Below, piece by piece: positions 10,021 to 20,814 of a stretch of 64,000 nt of DNA. The translations under genes and the position numbers were made by a program. Source of the DNA: Candidatus Poriferihabitaceae bacterium (GTDB lineage Bacteria > Pseudomonadota > Gammaproteobacteria > Arenicellales > Poriferihabitantaceae); contig CBDFKV010000007.1 in assembly GCA_965249035.1 (NCBI GenBank), forward strand, positions 640,313 to 704,312, given 5' to 3'. Position 1 is the first letter of the stretch; every line of letters begins with the position of its first letter. The notes under the pieces are model-generated. The model had not been told where the DNA came from and searched no databases. It saw only the letters and a list, made by a program, of their open reading frames with translations.

Positions 10021-10485
10021 CTAAAGCGCTTTAGACATAAACAGGCTGTATGGGTCTTCCACATAGTCAGCGAACGGTTCGCAATACTCAAAGCCAAACT
10101 GCAGGTAAAGCTTGCGCGCAGGGATAAACACTGATGGTGAGCCAGTTTCCAGCCAAACGGTTGAATAGCCACGGCATTTTGCTTCTTCCAAAAGATGGCT
10201 AAGCAGCGTAGATGCAACGCCACGCCGAAGGGCCGAGCGCGACGTTCTCATCGATTTGATTTCCACGTTCAACTGGTCTAGTTCCTTCAACGCTCCACAG
10301 CCCGCTAATTGATTGTCAATCCAACCAGTCCAGAAGGTTATTTCAGACGCTCTCAGAGATTCCAAATCCAAAGTATGAACACTCTCCACTGGCGAGTGTT
10401 TCAGCATATCTTGATGATGTTCGAGAAGTAGTTCAGCAATAGGCTTACCACTTAAATCATCAACCCGAATCTCCAGATTAGTCAC
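10021..10485 (-). CDS. GNAT family N-acetyltransferase
   Basis: 154 aa. Acetyl-CoA-binding R..G.A..LL motif (RRGVASTLLSHLL). Confidence 0.8.
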   Translation of the reverse strand: MTNLEIRVDDLSGKPIAELLLEHHQDMLKHSPVESVHTLDLESLRASEITFWTGWIDNQLAGCGALKELDQLNVEIKSMRTSRSALRRGVASTLLSHLLEEAKCRGYSTVWLETGSPSVFIPARKLYLQFGFEYCEPFADYVEDPYSLFMSKAL

Positions 10486-10861
10486 CGATTCTGGCGGTCA
10501 CTTCGATCTCAAGCTTCATCTTGTCGTCCATCAAGCCTGCGACAAACATGGTTGCTGCTGGCCTGGAACGGCCAAAATACTTTTTAAATACCGGCCAGCA
10601 CGGCTCAAAATCAGCCTTATCCGGGAAGATGTAATGCACACGTACCACTTGATCAAGACTACTACCTGCTTCAAGCAATGCCTTTTCGATGTTGACTAAA
10701 CATTGCTCCGCTTGCTCAACCGGACTATCTGATATCGTCATTGATTCGTAATCAAAACCGGTCGTGCCTGCGACAAAGACATAGTCCCCATCGACCACTG
10801 CTCGTGAATATCCCACTTTGGATTCAAATTCAGAACCACTTGAAATGAGTTGTCTGTTCAT
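10478..10861 (-). CDS. RidA/YjgF family protein
   Basis: 127 aa, YjgF/Rid fold pattern. 8-nt overlap with the GNAT gene. Confidence 0.75.
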   Translation of the reverse strand: MNRQLISSGSEFESKVGYSRAVVDGDYVFVAGTTGFDYESMTISDSPVEQAEQCLVNIEKALLEAGSSLDQVVRVHYIFPDKADFEPCWPVFKKYFGRSRPAATMFVAGLMDDKMKLEIEVTARIGD

Positions 10862-10920
10862 ATTGCTGTGTTAATAAAATGGGTAATGTTAGCTGGATGA
10901 CCTCTCAACTGCTTTCTAAC

Positions 10921-12015
<1,095 letters not shown>

Positions 12016-12028
12016 TTAATTAAACCTA

Positions 12029-13054
12029 TTAACCTTTTGTTTTTTCGATAAACATCGCGTCACCATAACTAAAGAATCGATAACCCGATTCGACCGCGTG
12101 GTGATAAGCTTGCAGCATACTTTGTTTGCCCGCGAACGCAGAGACCAACATCAGTAGCGTTGATTTAGGCAAATGGAAATTGGTGATCAGCGCATCCACG
12201 ACCTGAAACTGAAAGCCGGGATATATAAACAACTGTGAATCGCCACCGCCCGCGCACAATTCGCCGCTAACGGCAGCCGTCTCCAACGCACGCACGCTGG
12301 TGGTGCCCACCGCAATCACCCGGCCACCCGCCGCCTTGGTTTGCTGAATTGTCTCAACCACGGCAGCGCTCACTTCAAAGCGCTCGCGGTGCATCTGATG
12401 TGACTGCACATCGTCCACCTTGACTGGCTGAAAGGTGCCTGCACCCACATGCAGGGTGAGCGTTGCGGTATTAACGCCCCGTTTTGGCAGTTCAGCCAGC
12501 ATCTGTTGGTTAAAGTGCAGCCCCGCTGTTGGCGCTGCTACCGCGCCCTCTTTTTCAGCGAAAATCGTTTGATAACGATCCACATCCAAGTCTTTGTCAA
12601 CACGCCGTATGTAAGGCGGTAACGGTATGTGCCCGTGGTCATAAAACAGTGCGATGCCATTCGCAGGTTCAAGCAGTCTGAACTCAAAGAACGTTCCCAC
12701 ACGCCGCTCAAACTGCACAACGGCTTCACCCGACTGAAGTAAAACTTGGCCTGGTTTCAACGGCTTGTTACTTTTGGCTAAGGCGATAAATCGGTCTTCA
12801 TTAATCAGTCTCTCCAGCATCACTTCAACCGCGCCACCGCTGGGTTTATTCAGGTGCAATCGAGCCGGAATGACCTTGGTATCATTCATGACCAGCAAAT
12901 CACCCGCACGCAAAAACTGGGGCAAATCAACAAATTGATGATCCAACAGGCGCTTATCTTCAACCACCAAAAGGCGTGAGCCACCGCGAAATTTCGATGG
13001 CATTTGCGCGATCAGCGCTGCTGGCAACTCGTAATCAAAATCGTCCGTTTTCAT
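12029..13054 (-). CDS. queA: S-adenosylmethionine:tRNA ribosyltransferase-isomerase
   Basis: DFDYELP N-terminus, TAGLHF, AVGTTS motifs. Start taken at Met8 of the track ORF. Confidence 0.93.
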   Translation of the reverse strand: MKTDDFDYELPAALIAQMPSKFRGGSRLLVVEDKRLLDHQFVDLPQFLRAGDLLVMNDTKVIPARLHLNKPSGGAVEVMLERLINEDRFIALAKSNKPLKPGQVLLQSGEAVVQFERRVGTFFEFRLLEPANGIALFYDHGHIPLPPYIRRVDKDLDVDRYQTIFAEKEGAVAAPTAGLHFNQQMLAELPKRGVNTATLTLHVGAGTFQPVKVDDVQSHQMHRERFEVSAAVVETIQQTKAAGGRVIAVGTTSVRALETAAVSGELCAGGGDSQLFIYPGFQFQVVDALITNFHLPKSTLLMLVSAFAGKQSMLQAYHHAVESGYRFFSYGDAMFIEKTKG

Positions 13055-13089
13055 ACTATTACCAAGCTTCGCCACCGCGCTTGCAGCTC

Positions 13090-13917
13090 TTATCGGAGTC
13101 GCCCGGTTAATACGGTATCCAGTGATTCCATAATACTACTGAACACCTGTGCTAAACGCTCAGCAACCATTATCTGCCCCGCTTCATCGGCAATCAAATC
13201 TTGCCGAATTTCCAACAAAGCATGGGGATAGCCGTGATCTTCTGCGTGCGCTTCCATCGAATAGCCGATCGGCTTGCAGGGGTGATACGGCTCGTTATCG
13301 CCAATGCACCAGTCTTCGAATTTCTCTAATTCATCGATCAGTAAAGAGGCAACACCGTCATCACGATTCCATAACACACCCAGGTGCCACGGTCGCGTGT
13401 CGCCCTGCCAGCTCGGTGTAAAACTATGCATCGACACTACCAGTGGCATCAGAAATTCGTGACGCATGGAGCCCAGTTCGCGCGCTACGCGATTGTGATA
13501 CGGCACAAACAACTCTTCGATACGAAGCATTCGGTCAAGCAGGCTGATATCTTGATTGCGGGGAATGACCACACCGTCACTCACAGCCAACACTGAGCTA
13601 TCATCCGTCGGATAGCGATTCGGGTCGATCACCAGTCGGGAAAAACGCGATAGTACGGCCCTCGCCCCCAGCTGTTTAGCTAACAAGCGGCTGACAGCTG
13701 CGGCACCAATATCGTAACCAATATGATTCTCTAAACTCTCAGGATTAACTCCTAAACCATTGAGCTTTTGAGGAATATAGTTGCTTGCATGATCACACAA
13801 AATCAGCATCGGCGAATGTGCATCCGGGTTAAAAACTTCAAACGGGTAAGGATCAGCCGGAGTCAGCAGGCGGTGTGTTTTCTCACACTCGTATTGTGAT
13901 TCAAAGATTTCGGTCAT
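13090..13917 (-). CDS. N-formylglutamate amidohydrolase family protein
   Basis: 275 aa. CDHASN, SRLVIDPNR, SMHSFTP, EIRQDLI motifs of the FGase family. Confidence 0.8.
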   Translation of the reverse strand: MTEIFESQYECEKTHRLLTPADPYPFEVFNPDAHSPMLILCDHASNYIPQKLNGLGVNPESLENHIGYDIGAAAVSRLLAKQLGARAVLSRFSRLVIDPNRYPTDDSSVLAVSDGVVIPRNQDISLLDRMLRIEELFVPYHNRVARELGSMRHEFLMPLVVSMHSFTPSWQGDTRPWHLGVLWNRDDGVASLLIDELEKFEDWCIGDNEPYHPCKPIGYSMEAHAEDHGYPHALLEIRQDLIADEAGQIMVAERLAQVFSSIMESLDTVLTGRLR

Positions 13918-13944
13918 CAGGTTTCACTGTGAAGAAGTACCGTT

Positions 13945-14808
13945 TTAGACGACACTTTCAAGAATAAATTGCGCCAAGCGCTGCACCACCTTGGATGGGC
14001 GAGCGGACAGGTAGTGTATGGAAACCGGCGCATTTTGCAATGCCGGCAAGTAAGACGTTTGCTTTATTATTTTTAAGCCCTTTGGCACGGTGCTGCGCGC
14101 CAGTGCAGTCACACCCAAACCAGCCATCACCGCCGCACGAATACCGCCATAACTCGAACCCGTATAAACAATGTCCCAGGCCTTTTTGGAGGCGTCTAAG
14201 GTATGCAACATTCGCTCTCGATAAACACAGCCTTCAGGCGCGACCACCAGCGGCAAGGCACGCGTGTCGCTAAATAACTGCTCAACACCGGTGACCCAAA
14301 CCAAATCTTCACTCCACATTACTTGCTGAGCTGGCTGACCTTCTTCGACCGAATCAATGCCATCAGCACTCAAGGCGATGACAATATCCAAATCCTGCTC
14401 GCGCTGAGAGCGCAGTAAATCGCGTGACAAGCTGCTGACCACTTCAAGACGCACATCCGGATAGCGCTTGGAAAACCCGGCCAAGACTTGGGGTAAATAC
14501 GATACCGCGAACTCGTTGGGGATCCCGAGTCGTACTCGACCTTTAAGCTGTGACTCGCGCAAGCGATGTTTAAGTTCCTGATTTAGCTCTAGAATTTTTC
14601 GACCATATTCAAGCACCAACTTGCCGGAATCAGTTAAAGCCAAGTCCCGCCCGGAATGAACAAACAGGCGACTGCCCACCAGTGCTTCCAGACGCTTGAT
14701 CTGCAGGCTCACCGCCGGTTGCGATTTGCCCAGCACTTTACCGGCCTGGCTAAAGCCATCGCGGTCAACAATGGTGACAAAACAACGGAGTAAATCAGTT
14801 GGATACAT
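13945..14808 (-). CDS. LysR family transcriptional regulator, divergent from gcvT
   Basis: 287 aa. N-terminal wHTH (FSQAGKVLGKSQPAVSLQIKRLE). Confidence 0.9.
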   Translation of the reverse strand: MYPTDLLRCFVTIVDRDGFSQAGKVLGKSQPAVSLQIKRLEALVGSRLFVHSGRDLALTDSGKLVLEYGRKILELNQELKHRLRESQLKGRVRLGIPNEFAVSYLPQVLAGFSKRYPDVRLEVVSSLSRDLLRSQREQDLDIVIALSADGIDSVEEGQPAQQVMWSEDLVWVTGVEQLFSDTRALPLVVAPEGCVYRERMLHTLDASKKAWDIVYTGSSYGGIRAAVMAGLGVTALARSTVPKGLKIIKQTSYLPALQNAPVSIHYLSARPSKVVQRLAQFILESVV

Positions 14809-14827
14809 TTGTGTAGTTGTTTTAGGT

Positions 14828-14852
14828 AAACTATTAGTATTATAAATAGTTT
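14828..14852. promoter_or_regulatory. Candidate LysR-type operator (inverted repeat)
   Basis: AAACTATT-N9-AATAGTTT, perfect 8-bp arms, in the 120-bp LysR/gcvT divergent region. An extra AACTATT half-site lies at about 14859. Confidence 0.5.
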
Positions 14853-14928
14853 GATTTTAACTATTCATTTTTATTAATGCTAGTACTGCGCTATTCTCTC
14901 GCCACACAAAAAATGATACATTTGCTTT

Positions 14929-16041
14929 ATGACCACATCAATCAAAATCACCGCACTGACTGATTTGCACCGTGAGAATGGTGCCAAATTAGTCGAATTC
15001 GCGGGCTATGAAATGCCCATCCAATACCCTTTAGGGATCGTCAAAGAGCACTTACACACCCGTGAAAAAGCCGGACTGTTCGATGTCTCGCACATGGGCC
15101 AAGCCCGCGTGGTCGGTCCGAATGCCGCATTGGAGCTAGAAGCACTCATTCCTATCGACATCGTCGATTTAGCCGATGGCGAGCAGCGCTATGGCTTTTT
15201 CACTAATCCAGAAGGTGGCATTGAAGATGATTTAATGGTGTCGCGCTGGGGAGATGTCATCCACGTAGTGGTCAATGCAGCTTGCAAAGACGCTGATTTT
15301 GCCCATTTGCAAAAGCATCTGACTACTAGCGAGCTGCAAATTCGTGATGATCGTGCGCTCATTGCCTTACAGGGCCCGACTGCGAAAGACGTGATGAGCC
15401 GCCTTGGGCAAGAGCTGGATGATTTCTTATTTATGCAGTGCCAACAATTTGAGATTGGAGGCATTGACTGCGAAATGAGCCGCTCTGGCTATAGCGGTGA
15501 AGATGGCTTTGAGATATCGGTCGACAACCAGGACGCCGTTGCCCTGGCGCGCTTATTGCAAGCCGATGCGGATACTGAGTGGGTCGGCCTAGGTGCACGC
15601 GACACACTGCGGCTTGAAGGTGGCTTGTGTTTATATGGCCACGACATTGACAGCACCACCACGCCTGTTGAAGCGGCATTGACTTGGGCCATCTCCCCTG
15701 CCCGTCGCGCAGACGGCGAGCGAGCGGGCGGCTTCCCGGGCGCAGCATATATTTTGGCACAAATGCCGGCTAAAATTACGCGCAAGCGAGTAGGCCTCAA
15801 GCCCAGTGGCCGAGCACCCATTCGTGATGACACGCCCTTGCTCGACAGCGAAGGCGCCGTCATCGGCAAAGTGTCTAGCGGCGGCTTTAGTCCGTCATTA
15901 GGCCATCCCATTGCGATGGGGTATGTAGACAAATCATACTCGCGCAGAGATACTGTCGTCTATGCCGATGTTCGGCAAAAATCCGTTGAATTGACCGTGT
16001 GCAATCCAACATTTGTACCCAACCGTTTTTATCGAGGATAA
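14929..16041 (+). CDS. gcvT: Glycine cleavage system aminomethyltransferase (T protein)
   Basis: 370 aa. FAGYEMP, LFDVSHMG, SRSGYSGEDGFE motifs. Confidence 0.95.
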   Translation: MTTSIKITALTDLHRENGAKLVEFAGYEMPIQYPLGIVKEHLHTREKAGLFDVSHMGQARVVGPNAALELEALIPIDIVDLADGEQRYGFFTNPEGGIEDDLMVSRWGDVIHVVVNAACKDADFAHLQKHLTTSELQIRDDRALIALQGPTAKDVMSRLGQELDDFLFMQCQQFEIGGIDCEMSRSGYSGEDGFEISVDNQDAVALARLLQADADTEWVGLGARDTLRLEGGLCLYGHDIDSTTTPVEAALTWAISPARRADGERAGGFPGAAYILAQMPAKITRKRVGLKPSGRAPIRDDTPLLDSEGAVIGKVSSGGFSPSLGHPIAMGYVDKSYSRRDTVVYADVRQKSVELTVCNPTFVPNRFYRG

Positions 16042-16047
16042 ATAATA

Positions 16048-16425
16048 ATGAGTGACATGCGTTTTACTGAAGCCCACGAGTGGGCGCGCCAAGAAGGCGA
16101 TGAGATTGTGGTCGGAATCACCCAATTTGCCCAAGAACAACTAGGCGATATCGTATTTGTTGAATTGCCGGATATAGGCGCCGAAATCAGTGCAGGTGAA
16201 GAGGCCGCAGTGGTGGAATCCGTCAAAGCTGCCGGAGACCTAAAAGCACCCATCTCGGGCACGGTGACGGCGGTTAACGAAGTCTTAGTCGACGAGCCAG
16301 AAACAGTTAATGAATCGCCGGAAACTGAGGGCTGGTTTTTTAAGCTCAAAGCCAGCAATAAAGATGAAATGGCTTCCTTAATGGATGCTGATGCCTACGC
16401 CGCATTCGTCGAAACCCAAGCGTAA
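16048..16425 (+). CDS. gcvH: Glycine cleavage system H protein
   Basis: 125 aa. Lipoyl-lysine motif VESVKAA. Confidence 0.95.
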   Translation: MSDMRFTEAHEWARQEGDEIVVGITQFAQEQLGDIVFVELPDIGAEISAGEEAAVVESVKAAGDLKAPISGTVTAVNEVLVDEPETVNESPETEGWFFKLKASNKDEMASLMDADAYAAFVETQA

Positions 16426-16453
16426 AGCCACCCTCTTAACCCAGCCTAAAACC

Positions 16454-19297
16454 ATGCCAAGCGATTTTTCCATGCGCCATATTGGCGTCAGCGACGCTGA
16501 TGTTGCCGAGATGCTATCGACGCTCAGCCTTGATAGTATCGATGCCCTAATCGAGCAAACCATACCCGCCAGCCTGCCGCGTGCGCCACAGCGCTTTGAA
16601 GCAGCGCTGAGTGAGCCCGAGGCTTTAGCGCGTCTTAGCGAGCTGGGGGCACAGAATCAATTGCTAACGTCGATGATTGGCTGTGGTTATTATGGTACGC
16701 ACATGCCCGCAGTGATTCGCCGCAATGCGCTAGAAAACCCGGATTGGTATACCGCTTACACGCCCTATCAGCCTGAAATCAGCCAGGGCCGGCTGGAAAT
16801 GCTGACGGTGTTCCAGCAAATGGTCATGGACCTTACTGGGCTGACGATTGCCAATGCTTCGATGCTGGATGAAGCGACGGCAGCTGCTGAAGCGATGATG
16901 ATGTCCAAGCGCTTGGCGAAAAGCAAAGCAGAAGGCTTTTTCATAGATCAGGATTGCCACCCGCAGACCATCGCGGTGGTACAAACTCGCGCCGAAGCAT
17001 TAGGCTACCCCACTATTGTCGGCGACCCACTCACCGATCTGGACGCCAGCACGATATTTGGCGGCTTATTTCAATATCCTGGCACTAGCGGCGCTATTGT
17101 TGATTATCGCGAGCAAATAGCTGCCTTACACGACCAGCAAGCCTTCGTAACCATGGCCGCCGATATTCTCGCGCTAACATTACTCACCCCACCGGGTGAA
17201 CTAGGTGCGGATATTGCGGTCGGCAGCACCCAGCGTTTTGGTATTCCAATGGGCTACGGCGGCCCTCACGCCGCTTATTTTGCCACCCAAGAAATCTACA
17301 AGCGCTCTATGCCAGGGCGCTTAATTGGAGTCTCCATCGATTCCCAAGGCAAGCAAGCCTACCGCATGGCCTTGCAAACTCGTGAACAACACATTCGCCG
17401 CGAAAAAGCGACCAGCAACATCTGCACGTCGCAAGTTTTGCTGGCGGTGATGGCGGCAATGTACGCCGTCTATCATGGCCCCAAAGGTGTTCAGGCGATT
17501 GCCGAATCGGTACACGTTTTGTGCTGCCGCTTGGCTAAAAGCATGCTTAACGCAGGATTTGAAATTAAGCACAAACACTTTTTTGATACGCTGCAATTTT
17601 CAGCTCCCGGTCAGTCAAATATAGTCATTCAGCAAGCATTGGATGCTGGTATTAACTTACGCGCTATCGACGATAACACCTTCGGGATGAGCCTCGATGA
17701 AACCACTACTGAAGCTGATGTAGAACGCTTACTGGCGGCCATTGCTCCTGAAACGCAATTGGCAGCTGACCCCGGTAACCATATCCCTGAATCATTGCAG
17801 CGTAGCAGCGATTTTCTAACCCATCCGACTTTTTCACTGTATCGAAACGAAACGGCAATGATGCGCTATCTACGTCAACTCTCGCGCAAAGACATTACGC
17901 TGGCTCGCTCCATGATCCCTCTCGGCTCATGCACTATGAAGCTCAATGCTGCAGCGGAGATGGAATCGGTCAGCAACCCAGCGTTTGCCAATTTGCATCC
18001 TTTTGTGCCGATCAATCAAGCTGCCGGTTATCAGCAATTGATTCAGGAACTGGCCGACGACCTGTGTGAGATAACTGGCTACGATGGCCTCTCTATGCAG
18101 CCCAATGCTGGCTCCCAAGGCGAATACGCTGGACTATTAACCATCCGTGCCTATCACCTCAGTCGTGGTGATAGCGACCGCACAATTTGCCTAATCCCGT
18201 CATCCGCACACGGCACCAACCCTGCCAGCGCGGTAATGGCCGGGATGAAAGTGGTGATCATCAAATGCCTGGATAATGGCAATATTGATATTGATGACTT
18301 ACGCACCAAAGCGGAGCAACACAGCGACCAATTAGCCGCCATGATGGTCACCTACCCATCGACTTTCGGCGTATTTGAAGCCGAGATTCGCACCCTATGC
18401 GACCTCATCCACGAGCACGGCGGGCAGGTCTATTTAGACGGCGCCAATATGAACGCAATGGTCGGCTTATGCCGACCCGGTGATTTGGGTTCTGATGTCT
18501 CACACTTAAATCTGCACAAGACTTTCGCAATTCCACACGGCGGTGGTGGCCCAGGTATGGGGCCGATTGGCGTAAAAAAGCACTTGATCCCCTTTCTACC
18601 GGCCCACAGCCTGGTTGACGGCGTCAATCCCGCAAAAGATGCACAGCCCATTGGTAGTGTCTCTGCTGCGCCATGGGGCTCACCACTGATCTTGCCCATT
18701 TCGTGGGCATACATCAAAATGCTGGGAACCGAAGGCTTACTGGCGTCAACCAAAATTGCGATTTTAAATTCTAACTACATTGCCACCCGCTTGGCAGATC
18801 ACTTCCCCGTGCGCTATACCGGCGAAAATGGCCGCGTTGCGCACGAGTGCATCATTGACTGTCACGCCTTTAAAGAAAGCTGTGGTATTTCAGTAGAAGA
18901 TATCGCTAAGCGATTGATTGACTATGGTTTTCATTCCCCAACCATGTCTTGGCCAGTAGCCGACTCACTGATGATAGAGCCGACCGAAAGCGAGCCTAAA
19001 GCAGAGATTGATCGTTTCATCGAGGCGATGATTGCGATCCGAGCAGAAATTGCAGAGATCGAATCCGGCAAGGCGGATCATGACAACAATTTACTTAAAA
19101 ATGCACCACACAGCCACAGCTTGATCGCAACTGACAAGTGGCCATTCCTGTATTCGCGTGAACAAGCCTTTTTCCCAGCGCAGCAATCACATGATGACAA
19201 GTACTGGCCACCGGTTGGTCGCCTGGATAATATTTATGGTGACCGCAACTTGTTCTGCTCATGCCCAGCGATTGAAAGCTACGAGCAAGAAACATGA
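16454..19297 (+). CDS. gcvP: Glycine dehydrogenase (decarboxylating), single-chain P protein
   Basis: FSMRHIG N-terminus, PLP site NLHKTF. Start taken at the ATG at 16454, because the track start 16385 would overlap gcvH. Confidence 0.95.
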   Translation: MPSDFSMRHIGVSDADVAEMLSTLSLDSIDALIEQTIPASLPRAPQRFEAALSEPEALARLSELGAQNQLLTSMIGCGYYGTHMPAVIRRNALENPDWYTAYTPYQPEISQGRLEMLTVFQQMVMDLTGLTIANASMLDEATAAAEAMMMSKRLAKSKAEGFFIDQDCHPQTIAVVQTRAEALGYPTIVGDPLTDLDASTIFGGLFQYPGTSGAIVDYREQIAALHDQQAFVTMAADILALTLLTPPGELGADIAVGSTQRFGIPMGYGGPHAAYFATQEIYKRSMPGRLIGVSIDSQGKQAYRMALQTREQHIRREKATSNICTSQVLLAVMAAMYAVYHGPKGVQAIAESVHVLCCRLAKSMLNAGFEIKHKHFFDTLQFSAPGQSNIVIQQALDAGINLRAIDDNTFGMSLDETTTEADVERLLAAIAPETQLAADPGNHIPESLQRSSDFLTHPTFSLYRNETAMMRYLRQLSRKDITLARSMIPLGSCTMKLNAAAEMESVSNPAFANLHPFVPINQAAGYQQLIQELADDLCEITGYDGLSMQPNAGSQGEYAGLLTIRAYHLSRGDSDRTICLIPSSAHGTNPASAVMAGMKVVIIKCLDNGNIDIDDLRTKAEQHSDQLAAMMVTYPSTFGVFEAEIRTLCDLIHEHGGQVYLDGANMNAMVGLCRPGDLGSDVSHLNLHKTFAIPHGGGGPGMGPIGVKKHLIPFLPAHSLVDGVNPAKDAQPIGSVSAAPWGSPLILPISWAYIKMLGTEGLLASTKIAILNSNYIATRLADHFPVRYTGENGRVAHECIIDCHAFKESCGISVEDIAKRLIDYGFHSPTMSWPVADSLMIEPTESEPKAEIDRFIEAMIAIRAEIAEIESGKADHDNNLLKNAPHSHSLIATDKWPFLYSREQAFFPAQQSHDDKYWPPVGRLDNIYGDRNLFCSCPAIESYEQET

Positions 19298-20250
19298 ACA
19301 GCCCGATAGCCGTCGTAACCGGGGTTAAACAACGCGGCGAAGATAAAACCGCTCGTATCCCGGTGAAGATTAGCCCTCAACCGAAACAAGAGCGGCTGCG
19401 CAAGCCGAAATGGATCAGGGCAAGTTTTACCGGCACGGCTGAAGTCAGTGAGCTAAAACGTATTCTGCGCGCACAAAATATGCACACCGTCTGTGAAGAA
19501 GCCGCTTGTCCCAATTTGGGCGAGTGCTTTAGCAAGGGCACTGCAACCTTTCTGGTAATGGGTGATATTTGTACGCGTCGCTGCCCGTTCTGCGACGTCG
19601 CCCATGGTCGCCCATTAGCGCTGGATACTGAAGAACCACGCAAACTGGCTGAGACCATCAAAGCGATGGGCTTGAAATATGTCGTCATCACCTCAGTCAA
19701 CCGGGATGATTTACGCGATGCCGGTGCCGCCCATATCGCTGACTGTGTGCGCGAAGTACGCGCCGCTTGTGAGGGTATAAAAATTGAGATCCTCACGCCT
19801 GATTTCAGAGGCCGGGTTGACGTTGCGCTCGATATTCTCGAAACGGCTCCGCCGGATGTGTTTAACCACAACATGGAAACGGTCAAACGCCTCTATCTTG
19901 AGGCACGCCCGGGTGCTGATTATCAAGTATCGCTCGATCTGCTCCAAGCCCACAAACAACGTATTCCCGAGGTGACCACCAAGACAGGAATCATGGTCGG
20001 AATCGGTGAAACCAAGGACGAGTTGGTTGAGTTATTTTCTGATCTGCGCACGCATCAAGTCGAGATGCTTACCGTCGGCCAATACCTGCAACCCAGCGCC
20101 CACCACCTCGCCGTTAAGAAATACTACAGCCCAGAAGAGTTTGATGAGTTGCGTGACATTGCCGAAAGTATGGGCTTTAGTAATGTCGCATCGGGGCCAA
20201 TGGTGCGCTCGTCATACCACGCCGATCAGCAAGCTAGTGAGGCTTGCTAG
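19294..20250 (+). CDS. lipA: Lipoyl synthase
   Basis: 318 aa. [12 protein letters not shown] and radical-SAM CTRRCPFC cysteine clusters. ATGA overlap with the gcvP stop. Confidence 0.95.
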   Translation: MNSPIAVVTGVKQRGEDKTARIPVKISPQPKQERLRKPKWIRASFTGTAEVSELKRILRAQNMHTVCEEAACPNLGECFSKGTATFLVMGDICTRRCPFCDVAHGRPLALDTEEPRKLAETIKAMGLKYVVITSVNRDDLRDAGAAHIADCVREVRAACEGIKIEILTPDFRGRVDVALDILETAPPDVFNHNMETVKRLYLEARPGADYQVSLDLLQAHKQRIPEVTTKTGIMVGIGETKDELVELFSDLRTHQVEMLTVGQYLQPSAHHLAVKKYYSPEEFDELRDIAESMGFSNVASGPMVRSSYHADQQASEAC

Positions 20251-20719
20251 ATAACCCTCAATCTACCTAATAATAATGATTCATACCAAATAGTAGGGAT
20301 TCATACATATTTCAGAAACGCTTAATCCGGGCTAGACTCAACATTGGGAGTTAACAAAACTAATAACGGCCTTAGTATAGGGGTTGGCAGCCATTTCCAG
20401 TAAACAGCTTCGTTACTCACCTACACAAAAGTGGCGACACACGCATAACGATCGCGCACCTCCTATGGTTTGATGAACATCCGTAATTTGTAAAGAAGAA
20501 AGTGTCTAGCAAGCTCAGGCCGTATCATAAAACTGTATTGCACGGTAACACAAAAACCACGTTCGCCCTCGTCACTAAATTAGGTCACCCTCGGTCTATA
20601 TCATCTGACCAAATATGGGTCTCTGTCGATCGAAACAAGCGTACTAAATAGAGGCACCTAAAGGTTTCGGCATTTCCACAGCCACGTTATTTTTTTCGAT
20701 TAAGCATAAGCTGGCCGTT

Positions 20720-20734
20720 ATGTACTATACTTTT
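20720..20734 (+). repeat. Direct repeat copy 1 (ATGTACTATACTTTT)
   Basis: Exact 15-mer, also present at 22710..22724. GT precedes both copies, so 17 of 18 positions match. Confidence 0.9.
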
Positions 20735-20814
20735 CGTTCACTCTTTAATGGGGCAAAGTATGCGCAACTTACTTCCCATAGTGACGCCAGTGCCATTGGA
20801 GCGGCCGTACGCCA

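Noticed and set aside
16385-16453. gcvP start at 16385, overlapping gcvH by 41 nt
   Set aside because: P-protein similarity starts at [11 protein letters not shown] (ATG at 16454), which lies just after the gcvH stop.
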